Shown one piece after another: positions 51,620-64,000 of a stretch of DNA of 64,000 nucleotides. How positions within the stretch are numbered: the first letter of the stretch is position 1; the number at the start of each line of letters is the position of its first letter. This DNA is from the human T2T-CHM13v2.0 reference genome, Homo sapiens, in assembly GCF_009914755.1 (NCBI RefSeq), contig NC_060941.1. The stretch is one strand, 5' to 3'. The position numbers and the translations under genes are program-made. The notes below the pieces were generated by a model. It made no database searches. It saw only the letters and a list, made by a program, of their open reading frames with translations, and had not been told where the DNA came from.

Positions 51620-54600
51620 CTAGGTCCCAATTTTTCATTTTGACTTTTGTTGCAATTGCTTTTGAGGGCTTATTCATAAATTATTTTCAGAGGCTGATTT
51701 CTAATAGTGTATTTCTTAGGTTTTCTTGTAGGATTTTTATAGTTAGAGGTCTTACTTTTAAGAATGTAATTCAGCTTTCATTAATTTTTGTATGTGGTGA
51801 TAGCTAGGGGTCAAGTTTCATTCTTCTGTGTATGGATAACCAGTCATCCCAGCACCATTTATTGAATAGGGAGTCCTTTCCCCATTGCATATTTGTGTCG
51901 GCTTTGTCAAAGACCCAATGGTTGTAGGCGTGTGGCTTTATTTCTGGGCTCTCTGTTCTGTTCCATTGGTCTATGTGTCTGTTTTTGTGCCAGTACCGTG
52001 CTGATTTGTTTAGTGTAGCGTTTGTTTACTGTAGTATAGTTTGAAGTTGGGTAATGTGATGCATCAGGCTTGGTTCTCTTTGCTTAGGATGGCTCTGGGT
52101 GTTTGGGCTCTTTTCTGGTTCCATATGAAGTTTTAGAATAGTTATTTCTAATGCTGTGAAAAATGACATTAGTAGTTTGATAGGAATGGTATTGAATCTG
52201 TAGACTGCTTTGGGCAGTATGGCCATTTTAATGCGATTGATTTTTCCAATTCATGAGCATGGAATGTTTTGCCATTTTTTTTGGTGTCATCTATTTGGTG
52301 TCATGATTTTTTTTCAGCAGTGTTTTGTAGTTCTCCTTGTAACCACCTTTCATCTCTGTAGTTAGATGCATTCCTAAGTATTTTGCTTTTTTGTGTGTGG
52401 CTATTATAAATTGGATTACATTCTTGATTTGTCTCTCAGCTTGAACTTTATTGGTATATAGAAATGCTATGGATATTTTTACATTGATTTTTGTGTCCTG
52501 ACTGAAGTCATTTATCAGTTCCAGGATAAATTGGCAAACTCTTTAGAGTTTTTTAGGTACAGAATCATATCATCAGCAAAGAGAGATAGTTTGGCTTCTT
52601 TTCCTTTTTGGATGCCTTTTCTTTCTTTCTTTTTCCTGATTGCTCTGGCTAGGAGTTCCAGTACTATGTTGAATACATACAGTGAGAGTGGGCATCTTTG
52701 TCTTGTTCCAGTTGGCAAGGGGAATGCTTCCAACTATTTTTGTTCTTTTTTCTTTAATTTTTTTCTTTACTATTTTATAGAGACAAGGTCTCACTGTGTT
52801 GCCCAGCCTGGTCTCAGACTCCTGGCCTCAAGTGATTCTCCTGTCTTCGCCTCCCAACATGCTGGGGTTACAAGCATGAGCCACTGCACTTAGCCCCCAC
52901 TTCCAGCTTTTGCCCATTCTGTATGGTTTTAGCTGTGGGTTTGTTATAGAGTGGCCTTTATTATTTTGAGGTCTGTTTCTTTGATGCCTAATTTGTTGGG
53001 TGTTTTTTTCATGAAGGGATGATGGACGTTATTGAAAGCTTTTTTGCATCTTTTGAGTTGATCATATGGTTTTTCGTTTTCATTCTGTTTATGTGGTGAA
53101 ACACATTTATTGATTTGTGTACTTTGAACCAATTGCATCACAAAAATAAAGCTGACTTGATTGTGGTGAAGTAAGTTTTTGATGTGTTTGCTGGATTTTG
53201 TTTGCTGATATTTTATTGAGGACTTTGGTGTCTACATTCATTGGGGATATTGGGCTGTAGTTTTCTTTATTCATTGTGTCTTTGCTGGCTTTTAGTATCA
53301 AGATGATGCTGGCATCATACAATGAGTTAGGGAGAAGTATCTCCTCAATATTTTGGAATAGTTTCATTAGGTTTGTTAACAGCTCTTCTTTGTATGTCTG
53401 GTAGAAATTGGCTATGAGTCAGTCTGATCTGAATCTGTTTTTGGCTAGTTGGTTTTTTATTACTGATTCAATTTCAGAGCTTGTTATTTGTCTGTTCATG
53501 ATTTCAATTTCCTCGTGGTTCAATCTTTGTTGGTTTCCAAGGATTTATCCATTTCTCCTAGATATTCTAGTTTGTGTGTATACAGTGGTGTTCATTGTAG
53601 TCTCTGAGGATCTTTTGTATTACTGTGGGATTGGTTGTAATGTCATCTTTGTTGTTTCTGATTGTGCTTATTTAGATGTTCTCTGTTATTTATTTATTTA
53701 TTTATTTATTTATCTAGCTAGTAGCCTGTCGGTATTTTTATCCCTTCAAAAAGCCAACTTTTGGTTTCACCGATCCTTTGTATGGATTTTTGGGCCTCAA
53801 GTTTTCTCAGTTATGCTCTAATTTTAGTTATTTCTTTTCTGTTGCCAGCTTTGGGGTTATTTTGTCCTTGTTTTTTAGTTCCTCTCGGCACAGTGTCAGA
53901 TTGTTAATTACAGATCTGTCTAACTTTTCAACATATTTGTTTTGCACTATAAGCTTTCCTCTTATGCTGCTTTTGCTGTATCCCAGAAGTTTTGGTATGA
54001 TGTTTCTTTTTGCTTATTACAAATCATTGTTTGATTTCTGCCTGAAATTCTTTCTTTTCCCAAAGTCATTTAGGAGCCAGTTGTTTGATTTCCATGTGAT
54101 TGTGTGGTTTTCAGAGATCTTCTTGGTATTCATTTCTATTTTTATTGCACTGTAGTCCAAGAGAATGGTGTTGTGTGATTTCATTTTTTAAAAATTTATC
54201 ATGACTTGCTTTATGGTCAAACATGTTGTTGATCTTGGAGTATGTTCTTTGTGCAGATGAGAAAAAAGTGTATTCTGTAGTTGTTGGGTGGAGTATTCTG
54301 TAGATGTCTGTTAGGTCCAATTAGTCAAGTGTTAAATTTAAGCCCAGAATTTCTTTGTTAGTTTTTTGTCTCAATGATTTGCCTTAACACTATCAATGAA
54401 ATGTTGAAGATCCCCACTGTTATTGTGTGACTGAGTCTTTTGGTAGGTCTGGAAGTACTTGGTTGTTTTTGAATGTGGGTGCTCCAGTGTTGGGTGGGTA
54501 TGTATTTAGGATAGGGATGTCTTCTTGGCGAAGTGAGTCCTTTATCATTGTGTAATGCCCTTCTTCATCCTTTTTTGGCTGTTGTTGGTTTAAAGTCTGT

Positions 54601-56763
54601 TTTATCTAAGAATAACAACCCCTTGCTTTTTGCATTTTATTTGCATGACAGATCTTTGTCTATCTCTTTACTCAGAGCCTGTGGGTGCCATTACATGTGA
54701 GATGTGTCTTTTGAATATAGCAGACTGTTGATTCTTATTGGTTTGTTTTTTTTTAATTCAACTTGCCACTCTGTGCCTTTTAAGTGAGGCATTTAGACCA
54801 TTGAATTCAGTATTAATATTTATATGTGAGATTTTGATTCCGCCATGATGTTTTTAGCTGTTTGCTTTGTACTCTCGATTGTGTAGTTGTGTAATAGGGT
54901 CTGTGGGCTATGTACTTAGGTGTGTTTTTGTGGTAGTGGGTATTGTTCTTTCTTTTCCATATTTAGAACTCCTTAAGAATCTCTTGTAAGTCTGGTCTAG
55001 CGGTAATGAATTTCTTTAGTGTTTGTCTGGAAAAGATTGTATTTCTCTGTCACTGATGAGGCTTAGATTGGAGTGGTATGAAGTTCTTGGCTGAAATTTC
55101 TTTAAGGATGCTGACAACAGGCCCCACTTTCTGGCTTATAAGGTTTTGCCGGAAAGAGGTCAGCTTTTCACCTGATACAGCTGTTATAGCTGCCTGTGAG
55201 ATTTTTCCTTTCGTGTTGACCTTGGAAAGTCTGATGGGCTGTGTATCTTGGGGATGGTTGTAGAGGTTCTCTGAATTTCTTGAATTTTTCCATCAACCTC
55301 TGTAATGAGATTGGGGAAATTTCATGGACTATATCCTCAGATATGTTTTCCATGTTGCTTCCTCTCTCTCCTTCTCTTTCAGCCATGCCAATGAGTCATA
55401 GATTAGTGTCTTTACAAAATCCCACATTCCTCAGATGTTTTGTTCATTTTTAAAATGGTTTTTTCTTTATTTTTGTCTGACTGGGCTGACTCAAAAGACA
55501 GGTCTTTGAGCTCTGTAATCCTTCCCTCCGCTTGGTCTCATCTGGTTTTGAAGCTCCCTCCTGTGTTGAATTTTGCAGCTCCAGAAGTTCAGTTTGATTC
55601 TTTTTAAAAATGGCTCTGTCGTGTTTCAACTTTTGGATGGTTATACTGGCTTCCTTGGATTGGATTTCAACTTTCTCTTTAATCTCATTGAGCTTTGTTG
55701 CCATTGAGATTCTGAATCACATGTCTGTGATAAAGCATGTCATTACACTTTAATCTGGTGAGAATTTATAGCTGGGGAGCTAGTGTGATTTTTTGGAGGT
55801 AATGAAATGCTCTGATTTGTTGAATTGCTAGAGTTCTTGTGCTGATTATTCCTCCTCTGAAAATGCTGATGTTTCTTTATCGTTTTGAAATTCCTGTCAT
55901 TTGGATGGGAATTTTTGTTTTTATGTTCTTTTTTTTCTCTTGAGGGTTTGTGGTGTGTATTGTGTATAGTTGATTGGCCTTTTTTTCTGGGTGGTTTCAG
56001 ATGGCCAGGACTCTACACAGGTTCCTTCCTTGTGGCTACTTCCCTGCATTGGGTTTCACAGATGTGTGTTGAAGGTATATCATGATTTTTGTTTGGTGGT
56101 GTAATTCAGTCTGCAATCCAGGAGATGGTGCTCTAGAGTACGGGCTGGCATGCCTCTTTTCTGTTTCAGCGTGTTGGCAGCAGTGCTCTGGGGAAGGGGG
56201 AGAAGTAGGATTGGGAAGGCGAGAGATAACCCCCTCACCAAATCAGTTCCTGGAACTTGGGAGAGCCCCCTCCAATCACTGATGCCACACCTGAATTTTG
56301 AGGGCTGCACACCTCCCACCCTTAGGGCAGCGGCCCAAGCCAAAAGTTAGGTTGCCGAGAGACCTACAACTCTCTGGGGACGTGCTGGTTGTCTGGGCTT
56401 GGTAGAGTCAGAGCAGGTTGTAGAGTATGTCTGCGGATCTGCGGGTCGTCTGTTGATATAATGTGGGTCAAGGGGGGAGGATCCCCGGGCAGGGCTGTGG
56501 TTCTGTGGGTGTGCACCTGGTGTGATGCGTGCAGCCCAGGGTTTTTTGCCCAGCAGATGGCTGTGGGGAGCACTTAGCTGGCACTCACCCAACCAGGCCT
56601 CCCTCCAGTGTCTGCCCCCAGGGCAGGCCCAACTAGGTAGTTTTGTCCCCCAGCCTTCCGTGCCCAGATCAACTGGACTGTTAGCTGTTTCAGGCAGTGG
56701 TGCTCCCTCAGGCAGAGGCTGTGGACAGACAGGTTACACCCTTCCTGGACAGATCTTGTAGAA

Positions 56764-57103
56764 CAGGGTCCCCAACCTCCAGGTGGCAGACCAGTACTGG
56801 TCTGTGGCCTGTTAGGAACTGGGCCGCACAGCAGGAGGTGAGGGGAGGGCTGGTGAGTGAGCATTACCACGTGAGCTTCGCCTCTTGTCACATCAGCAGC
56901 GGCATTAGATTCTCATAGGAGCGCGAGCCGTGTTGTGAACTGTGCACGTGAGGGACCTAGGTTGCGTGCTCCTTATGAGAATCTAATGCCTGACGATCTG
57001 AGGTGGAACAGTTCCATCGCGAAACCATCCCCACCCCACCGTCTGTGGAAAAATTGTTTTCCACAATGCCAGCACCTGGTGCCAAAAAGGTTGGGGACTG
57101 CTG
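56764..57103 (+). mobile_element. MER1B hAT MITE
   Basis: cagggtccccaacc..aaggttggggactgctg termini, internal inverted repeat cattagattctcatag/tatgagaatctaatg, 8-bp degenerate TSD ttgtagaa/ttgcagag. Confidence 0.88.
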
Positions 57104-60100
57104 TTGCAGAGGGAGCACACCCGGCTCCCACACTGGCATATGAACTTGGGCCCTCTCTTCTCGGCATTGTGAGAGAGAAAGCTACTCCTCTTCTTGAGCT
57201 CAGGCCACAGATACCAGCTCAGTATACTTGAGCAGTGTGCTTGAATCCTGGGGGTATTGAGACCAGGTTCATGACTTTGTCTTCTGGTCTCATGGGGTTG
57301 AGCTTTGGCTGTGCTGAGGGTGGGGGCTGAACTGCTCCCAGGCCTCCGGCAAAGCACTCAGATGGGGCAGTGGAGGCTGTGCTGTGTGCTTACCCTTGCG
57401 TGAGTAGCTAGGCAGGGGCCTTGGGAGGGGCTGGTGGACAAGAAGGTACACAGACCAGATATGCTGCAGTCCCATGGTAAATGCAGCCCTACTGTCTTCT
57501 GGCCTGGCAGTAAGCAGGAGCTAGAGTCACTCAGAGCAAGATGGAGAGCCTTGGGGGATGGGTGCCTATGGTCATGTTTTGCTGCAGCCGTACCAGGTGC
57601 GAAACCTTCTGGGCTGTATGCGGGTTTGAGCTCTGCCTCTGCCTATTCGCCAGCCGGTTCCTCTTGCCAGTTCAGATGTCTGTGTGGGTCCAGGGATCTC
57701 CGGGAGCTAGTATCCCAGAGTTCGTTGGTGGGAGTGTGGTGCTGCACAGTTCCTTCACCCACCCCTTCCTTAGTTTCTGGATTGGGAGGTAATCCTAGTG
57801 CTTGGTGACTCTGTGCAGGCTTCCCAGATTTATTCCTCTTCAGCCTTGATGCCTGCATTACCTATCAAATTTCAGTGTTTTCTCTCCAAAGACCTACTCC
57901 AAGTGTGATAATTTACTTGATATTTTGGTTTCTCTCTCGCAGAGAGGCATTTCCTGGCTGCATGTGGTGACCATCTTGTCTTCCCCTAAAAACATCAAAA
58001 TTGGTATTTAATAGAGCTTGCGTTCAGTCTGTAGACTGCTTTCAGTAATAAGGTCATTTAACCAATATTCTTCCAGTCCGTGAGCATGCAATATCTTTCC
58101 ATGTTTGTGTCCTCTACAATTTCTTTTGTCGGTGTTTTGTAGTTTTTTTTTTTTTTTTTTGTAAAGCTCTTTACAAAATCTCTCTGGTTAACTTTATTCT
58201 GAGCCATTTTATTATTTTGTAGCTAGAATAGTGGGACGGCCTTCTTGATGTCTTTTTATGCTAGTTGATTATTAGTGTATAGAAATGTTACACATGCTAT
58301 TGGCATTATTTTTGTATGCTGATTTTGTGGCCTGCACCTTTGCTGAATTCTTTAGTTCTAACAGGCTTTTTTGGTGGCGTGTTTATGGTTTTCTGTATAT
58401 GAGATCAGGTCATGTGCACAGGGAGACAATTTGACTTTCTGTTTTCCAATCTGGATCCCCTTTATTTCTCTGACAATTTTTGTATCTGCATCCTTCAGGG
58501 ATATTGGCATGTAGTTTTCTTTTGTTGTTGTGTCTTTGTCTGGGTTTGGCCTTAGAGTAATACTGACCTTTAGAATAAACTAGGAAGATTTTGGAATAAT
58601 TTATAAAAAATTGCTGTTAGTTTTTCCTTAAAAGTTTAGTAGAATTCAGAGTAACTTACCCAGTTTTAGACCTTTCTTTGTTGGTAAACTTTATTACTGA
58701 TTCAATTACATTACCGTTATTGGTCTGTCCAGGTTTCCTTTTCTTCTTGGTTCATTCTTGCTGGTTATGCACTTCCAGGAATGTATCCATTTTCCATACG
58801 TTTCCAGTTTGTTGGCATATAGTTGTTCATAATAGTCTCTCATGACTCCATGTATTTCTTTGCTATCTCCTTTTATGTTTCCCTCTTTATTTACTTGAGT
58901 TTTCTCTTTTTTCTTGTTAATGTAGTTTGCAGTTTTGCTTTATTAGTCTACCTCGTTCAGTTCTGCCCTGCCTTTATCATTTCTTTCCTTCTACTACATT
59001 TGAGTTTTGGGTCTGTTCTTGCTTTTTTGGTTTCTTCAGGTGTATTGTTAGGTTGTTTATTTGAAGTCTTTCTCTTTTTTGGATGTAGCTGTTAATTGCT
59101 ATAAATTGCCCTCTTAGTGCTTCTTTTGTCACTTTCTATAGGGATTGATTTTTTTTCCCCATTTTCATTTGTTTCAAGATATTTTAAATTTTTTTTCTTA
59201 ATTTATTGATTGGCCCAGTTGTTCATTCAGGAGCATGCTGTTTAATTTCCATGCATTTGTACAGTTTACAAAGTTTTTGTCGTTACTGATTTCCATTTTT
59301 ATTCCATTGTGGTTTGAGAAGATATTTGATATGAGCTTTTAAACTCAATATATGGTCTATTCTGGAGAATGTTCTATGTGCTAATGAGAAGAATGTGTAT
59401 TCTGCAGCTTCTTAATACAGTGTTCTGTAAGTGTCTGCTAGGTCCATGTGGTCTATAGTGCAGGTTCATTTTGATGTTTCTTTGTTGATTTTCTGTTTAG
59501 ATGATCCCTTCAATGCTGAAAGTCAGACTATGGAGTCCCCATCTATTATTGTACTGGAGGCTATCTGTCTCTTTAGTTTCAGTGATGTTTGCCTTATATA
59601 TCTGTGTGCTCAGGTATTGAGTATATATACCTTTATGACTGCTGTATCCTCTTGCTGAATTGATCCTGTTATTATTATATAATGCCCTTCTCTTTCTCTT
59701 TTATTTATTTTTTTTTTTTTTTACTTAAGATCTATTTTGTCTGATATAAATATAGCTACTTCTGTGTGCTTTTGGTTTCCATTTGCATGGAATATCCTTC
59801 CTTCCTTTCACTTGCAGTCTATGTGTCTTTACAGGTAAAGTGAGTTTCTTGTAGACAGCATATTATTTGGTCTTTTTTTGTAATCCATTCATTCTATCTA
59901 TATCTTTAATTGGGGAATTTAAATCATGTATATTCAAAGTTTTTATGATAGGTGAGGACTTACTCCTTTCATTTTATTAATTGTTTAGTGATTGTTTTGT
60001 CTATCATTTGTTCCTATCTTCCTCTTTTATTGTTTACCTCTACAATTTGCTGGTTTTCTGTAGTGATAATGTTTGATTCCTTTCTCTTTTTCAGTTCTGT

Positions 60101-60217
60101 ACCTGCTCTACCAGTGAGTCTTACAGTTTTTTGATTTTCATGGTGGTAGACATTGTCTTTTTGCTTCCAGATTGAGGACTCCTGTAAGCATTTCTTGTAG
60201 GATCAGTCTAGTGGTGA

Positions 60218-60563
<346 letters not shown>

Positions 60564-62930
60564 CTCTTTTTCAGTTTTAAAGGATAGCTTTGCTAGGTAT
60601 AATATTCTTGACAGGCAGTCTTTTTCTTCCCGCATATTAAATATATCATGTCATTCTCTCCTATCCTCTAAGGTTTCTGCTGACAAATATGCTATTTGAT
60701 ATGGATTCCCTTGTATGTGACTTGGTGTTTTTCTCTTGCTCTTTGTCTTTGACTTTTGACATTTGACTCTGATGTGCCGCAGAGAAGACATTTTTTATTG
60801 TATTTCTTTGGGGATCTTTGAGACATCTGTATCCAGATGTTTGCATCTCTCACAAGACTTGGTAGTTTTTCAGCTATTATTTCATTAGATAGGTTTTCTG
60901 TGCCTTTTCCCATCTCTTCTATTTCTGCAACTCCCAATATCCGAAAAAATTTTGGCTCATGATGGTCCATATATTACATACACTGTCTTCATTCTTTTTC
61001 TTTTCTTTTTTTTCTTTTTGCTTTTTGTTTGCCTGGCCTCATATAAAGACCTCTCTTCAAGTTCAGAAATTCATTCTTCTCCTTGATCTAGTCTATTGCC
61101 AACATTCTCAGTTGTTTTTATTTTATGTATTGAATTCTCAGTTCCAGGATTTCTGTTTGGTTCCTTTTAATGCTATCTTTTTCATTGTTGAATTTCTTAT
61201 TTAGATCATAAATTGTTTTCCTGATTCATTTGTATTACCTATCTTTCCTATCAGGAATCTTTCCTGATTCCTTTGTATTATTGTGTATCTCACTATGTTT
61301 CCTTAAGATCATTATTTTGAATTTTATAGGTTTTGTTTTCTTTGGGATCTGTTACTGGAGAATTACTCTGTTCCTTTGGAGGTGTCATGTTTCTTTGATT
61401 TTTCATACTTCTTGTGTCCTTAATGTTGATAACTGTGCAGCTGGTATAACAGTCACTTCATCTAGTTTTAGGGGTTGACTTTTTTCTGTAGATGTATCTA
61501 TGTTGTTGGTTGAATATGGTGCTCTGGCATTGATGATGGGTGGGTGCATTGGTGTGGTCTCCATATACTTATGCTTTCTTCTGCTGTAATCAACATCAGC
61601 GTCTGTAAGTTCCTCAGTGGCTTACGGTGTGGTTGTTAGTAGCAGGGGATGCTGTGGTGAGGCCTTGATGGTGATGGGGAGAACAGCAGGCCGGTCCTCA
61701 GGCACATTGATGGCATACACAAGGATGTATGTGTGATTGGCAGCACCAGGCCATGCTTCCCAGTTTTTGTGGCAGTGGGTTACCTGAGTGGGCTGGCCCT
61801 TGGGCCTCCAGGTGGTGTGTGCTGGGATCAGAGGTGGCAATAGCAGGCCAGGCCACAGGACCTTGGTGACACTTGTGGCACTGGAGATGACAGTAGCAGC
61901 TGGGGGCCGGACCTTGGATCCCTTGGTAGCATGCATGGGCACTGGTAGTGGTGAAAGCAGGCTGCATGGGCATTTCTCTGGCCCCCTATGAGGAACATTT
62001 AGGTGGGTACCTAAGGCAGTGTGTGGAGCAGGCTTGTCCACAGGTTAACTGAAGACACGTGCAGGAACCTTTGCCAGTGGCTGGTGAGGCAGCCCTGTCT
62101 TTATGCTCCTGGATGCCATGTGCAGGTGCCGGTGGGGCAGTAGGACTCTCCTTGGTATTAGTGGTAGACGGGGCCTGGGTAAAGGCACAGAGGCCTGGGT
62201 GGGGTGGACTGCTCCTCAGGGTCCTGGACAGTGTATGTGAGCACTGATAGCAACAATAGCAGCAGCAAGCAAAGTGGCCTTGTCTTCAGGCTCTCATATG
62301 GCTCACATGGGCGCCACCCCTGGTGGGTTTGACAGGCTTGTTCTCAGGCTCCTGCATGGTACACTCGAGTGGGCCAGTCCTCCGGCCTCCTAAAGGTATG
62401 TACAGGTATGCACAGCACTGCCCCTGAAGGGGATAGGGCTGCTGGTGGTGGCAGTGGTGTCAGTCAGGTGGCTCCTAGGCTCTAGACAGCACATACTTAG
62501 GATCCCTTTGACCTAGAGTAGTTTCCCTGGTGGGCTATTAGGTGACCACCTATTTCCACAGGTATATGGTGCTGTGGGACTAGGGATTTGGGGGAATCAG
62601 TCCTGGTTTTGAGATGATCCTGGCTGGGCTGGCTACCTCAGTTCCCTTTCCTCCTGTCATCAGAGGATCCCTATCAATTTCCTGCTGAATTCCAGTATAC
62701 TCTCTTTGATGTTTTCCTCAAGGTGTGGTTACCTACTTGCTGTTTTGGTTTTTCTTTTTGAAAGAGGTGAGTGCTGGGTATTCCCAGTCAGCCATCTCGA
62801 TGATGTCTCTGTCTATGCTGTGCATATTAAGGAATGTATAGACATGTTTTAAAACCTGCACAACTGACCCTATAACTATAATTTAAAAGATTTCTACCAC
62901 TTGAAAAACACACTAATTTCTAATTATTAC

Positions 62931-63070
62931 CTCTCACCCCACACACAGGTTTTATTTAATATGGCAGCAGACTCAGGCTTAAAGTGCAAGATCCTAACCT
63001 CCCACCACACACACACAAGTTTCATTTAATATGGCAGCAAGCTCAGGCTTGAAGTGCAAGACCCTACCAT
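62931..63070. repeat. 70-bp diverged tandem duplication
   Basis: acacacaggttttatttaatatggcagcag..aagtgcaag at 62941 repeats at 63011. Confidence 0.9.
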
Positions 63071-63844
63071 CTTTATCACAGATGGTAGGGATGCACCCTG
63101 GGTTGTGGTTTCTGCGGTATAACCCCTTGAGTGCATTTCTTGTCAACACAAAGACGTAAGAACTAAAGGGACAACTTGTCTACCACTCACCCACCCAGCA
63201 TTCTCCTAAACTGCCAGAGACCCTCCTATTGAACAGAGAGAAAATGGGAGTCACAAAGGGAATATTAGACCATAGAAATTCTGAAATACAGCCTGATGTG
63301 TGCTTCCACTTACTTGATTTGGACTTCATGGGAACCATCCTCTGTGGCTTTTTGTGATACCTTCTTGGCTCTTTGTTGTATCCTTTTCATAAGCAATGAC
63401 CTGTGTTTTCAGCTAAGTAGTTTCTTCAGCCAGCTTCCTCCCTGTAGAACCTCTTAGGTCCTAAGGCCTCTCTTCATTTTTACTGTCTTGTTGTCTTTTA
63501 AGCCAAGCTAGCAAGCAGTGCTATTGTTACTATAATTCTCTTAGAGTCTCTTGTGAATTTTACTTGAGTTCTTGTCATTGGAAAAACCACTTGTCCCAAT
63601 CTCTTTGAGATAAGCACTTCACCTTGTGCTTCCTGTGAAGGAAGCACACTGTTCTGTGTAGTAGGACAGTGCCTTAAGATGCTTATACCCTTAAGATCTT
63701 TAAGGGAATTTGAGGCACCACCTTAAATCTTTCTAAGGTCTTAAAATAGGGCCTTACACTGACAGTCTTGGCTTCACCTTCAGACTTTCTCCTGGCGGCA
63801 CCCTGGATTTGATCTTATCTCAGAGGCCATTTATTTCAGCAATA

Positions 63845-64000
63845 CAGATGCTCCTCAGATTAGGATGGGTTTATGTCTGGATGGCATTTGCATTTGTTAT
63901 GTCTGATATTTGCAATTTATAGGCCATCATAAATTGCAAATATCAGAAGTTATGGGTGGGTTTTCCATTTACGATAATTTCCACTTACAGTGACTTTATC
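63845..64000. mobile_element. MER47/Tigger5-like DNA transposon end
   Basis: ta|cagatgctcctcagattaggatggg..ccatcataaattgcaaatatc resembles recalled MER47 terminus. Confidence 0.6.

Larger units (their letters stand above)
48410..57986 (-). mobile_element. Near-full-length old L1PA (PA15/16-like), decayed, host of UPF3A retrocopy, FLAM (~52745-52895) and MER1B
   Basis: 3' end ttcagggagtacatgtgcaggtttgttac; ORF2 pieces ([17 protein letters not shown]; [12 protein letters not shown]; MDLTDIYRILHPTTTEYTFFS); ORF1-like 55450-55704; 5' end caagatgg motif on minus strand near 57975. Confidence 0.85.

Noticed and set aside
50443-51807. Overlapping + strand and alternate-frame ORFs over the retrocopy
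   Set aside because: Shadow ORFs of GC-rich, purine-biased coding sequence
47975-55704. L1 ORF1/ORF2 peptides as an active retrotransposon
   Set aside because: Fragmented by stops, frameshifts and nested insertions
56900-56990. Inverted repeat as a novel hairpin RNA
   Set aside because: Intrinsic to MER1B
56080-57860. Cluster of GC-rich ORFs on both strands
   Set aside because: Lies in the L1 5' region and MER1B; no splice-consistent or homology support
58157-58178. 10-bp palindrome ttttgtaaag-ct-ctttacaaaa
   Set aside because: Short, low-complexity and within L1; no reason to infer function

Overview
Primate (very likely human) genomic DNA; no prokaryotic features or CRISPR. The + strand carries 11 internal exons (10498-42415, 3090 nt spliced) of a CCDC144-family coiled-coil gene (ANKRD26/POTE-related). 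The start codon and last exons lie outside the window. All splice phases chain correctly except one exon, where a 4-bp tandem duplication shifts the frame to a TGA at 32591-32593. This copy is therefore probably a pseudogene, most likely CCDC144CP, a paralog call made from memory and not verified. The introns are dense in Alu, L1, L2, MIR, DNA transposons and LTRs. They also hold a full-length 7SL retrocopy (15409-15742), a dead ANKRD26-like exon (23224-23406), and an antisense UPF3A processed pseudogene (49460-51619, 17-bp TSD) nested in an L1 that itself sits in an older L1. The UPF3A copy appears to derive from an exon-4-skipped RNA that still carried intron-1-like sequence. I cannot demonstrate a new biological system. 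The best candidate is a speculative link between an NMD-sensitive host transcript and its antisense copy of an NMD regulator. Repeat subfamily names and protein comparisons come from recalled sequences, not database searches.
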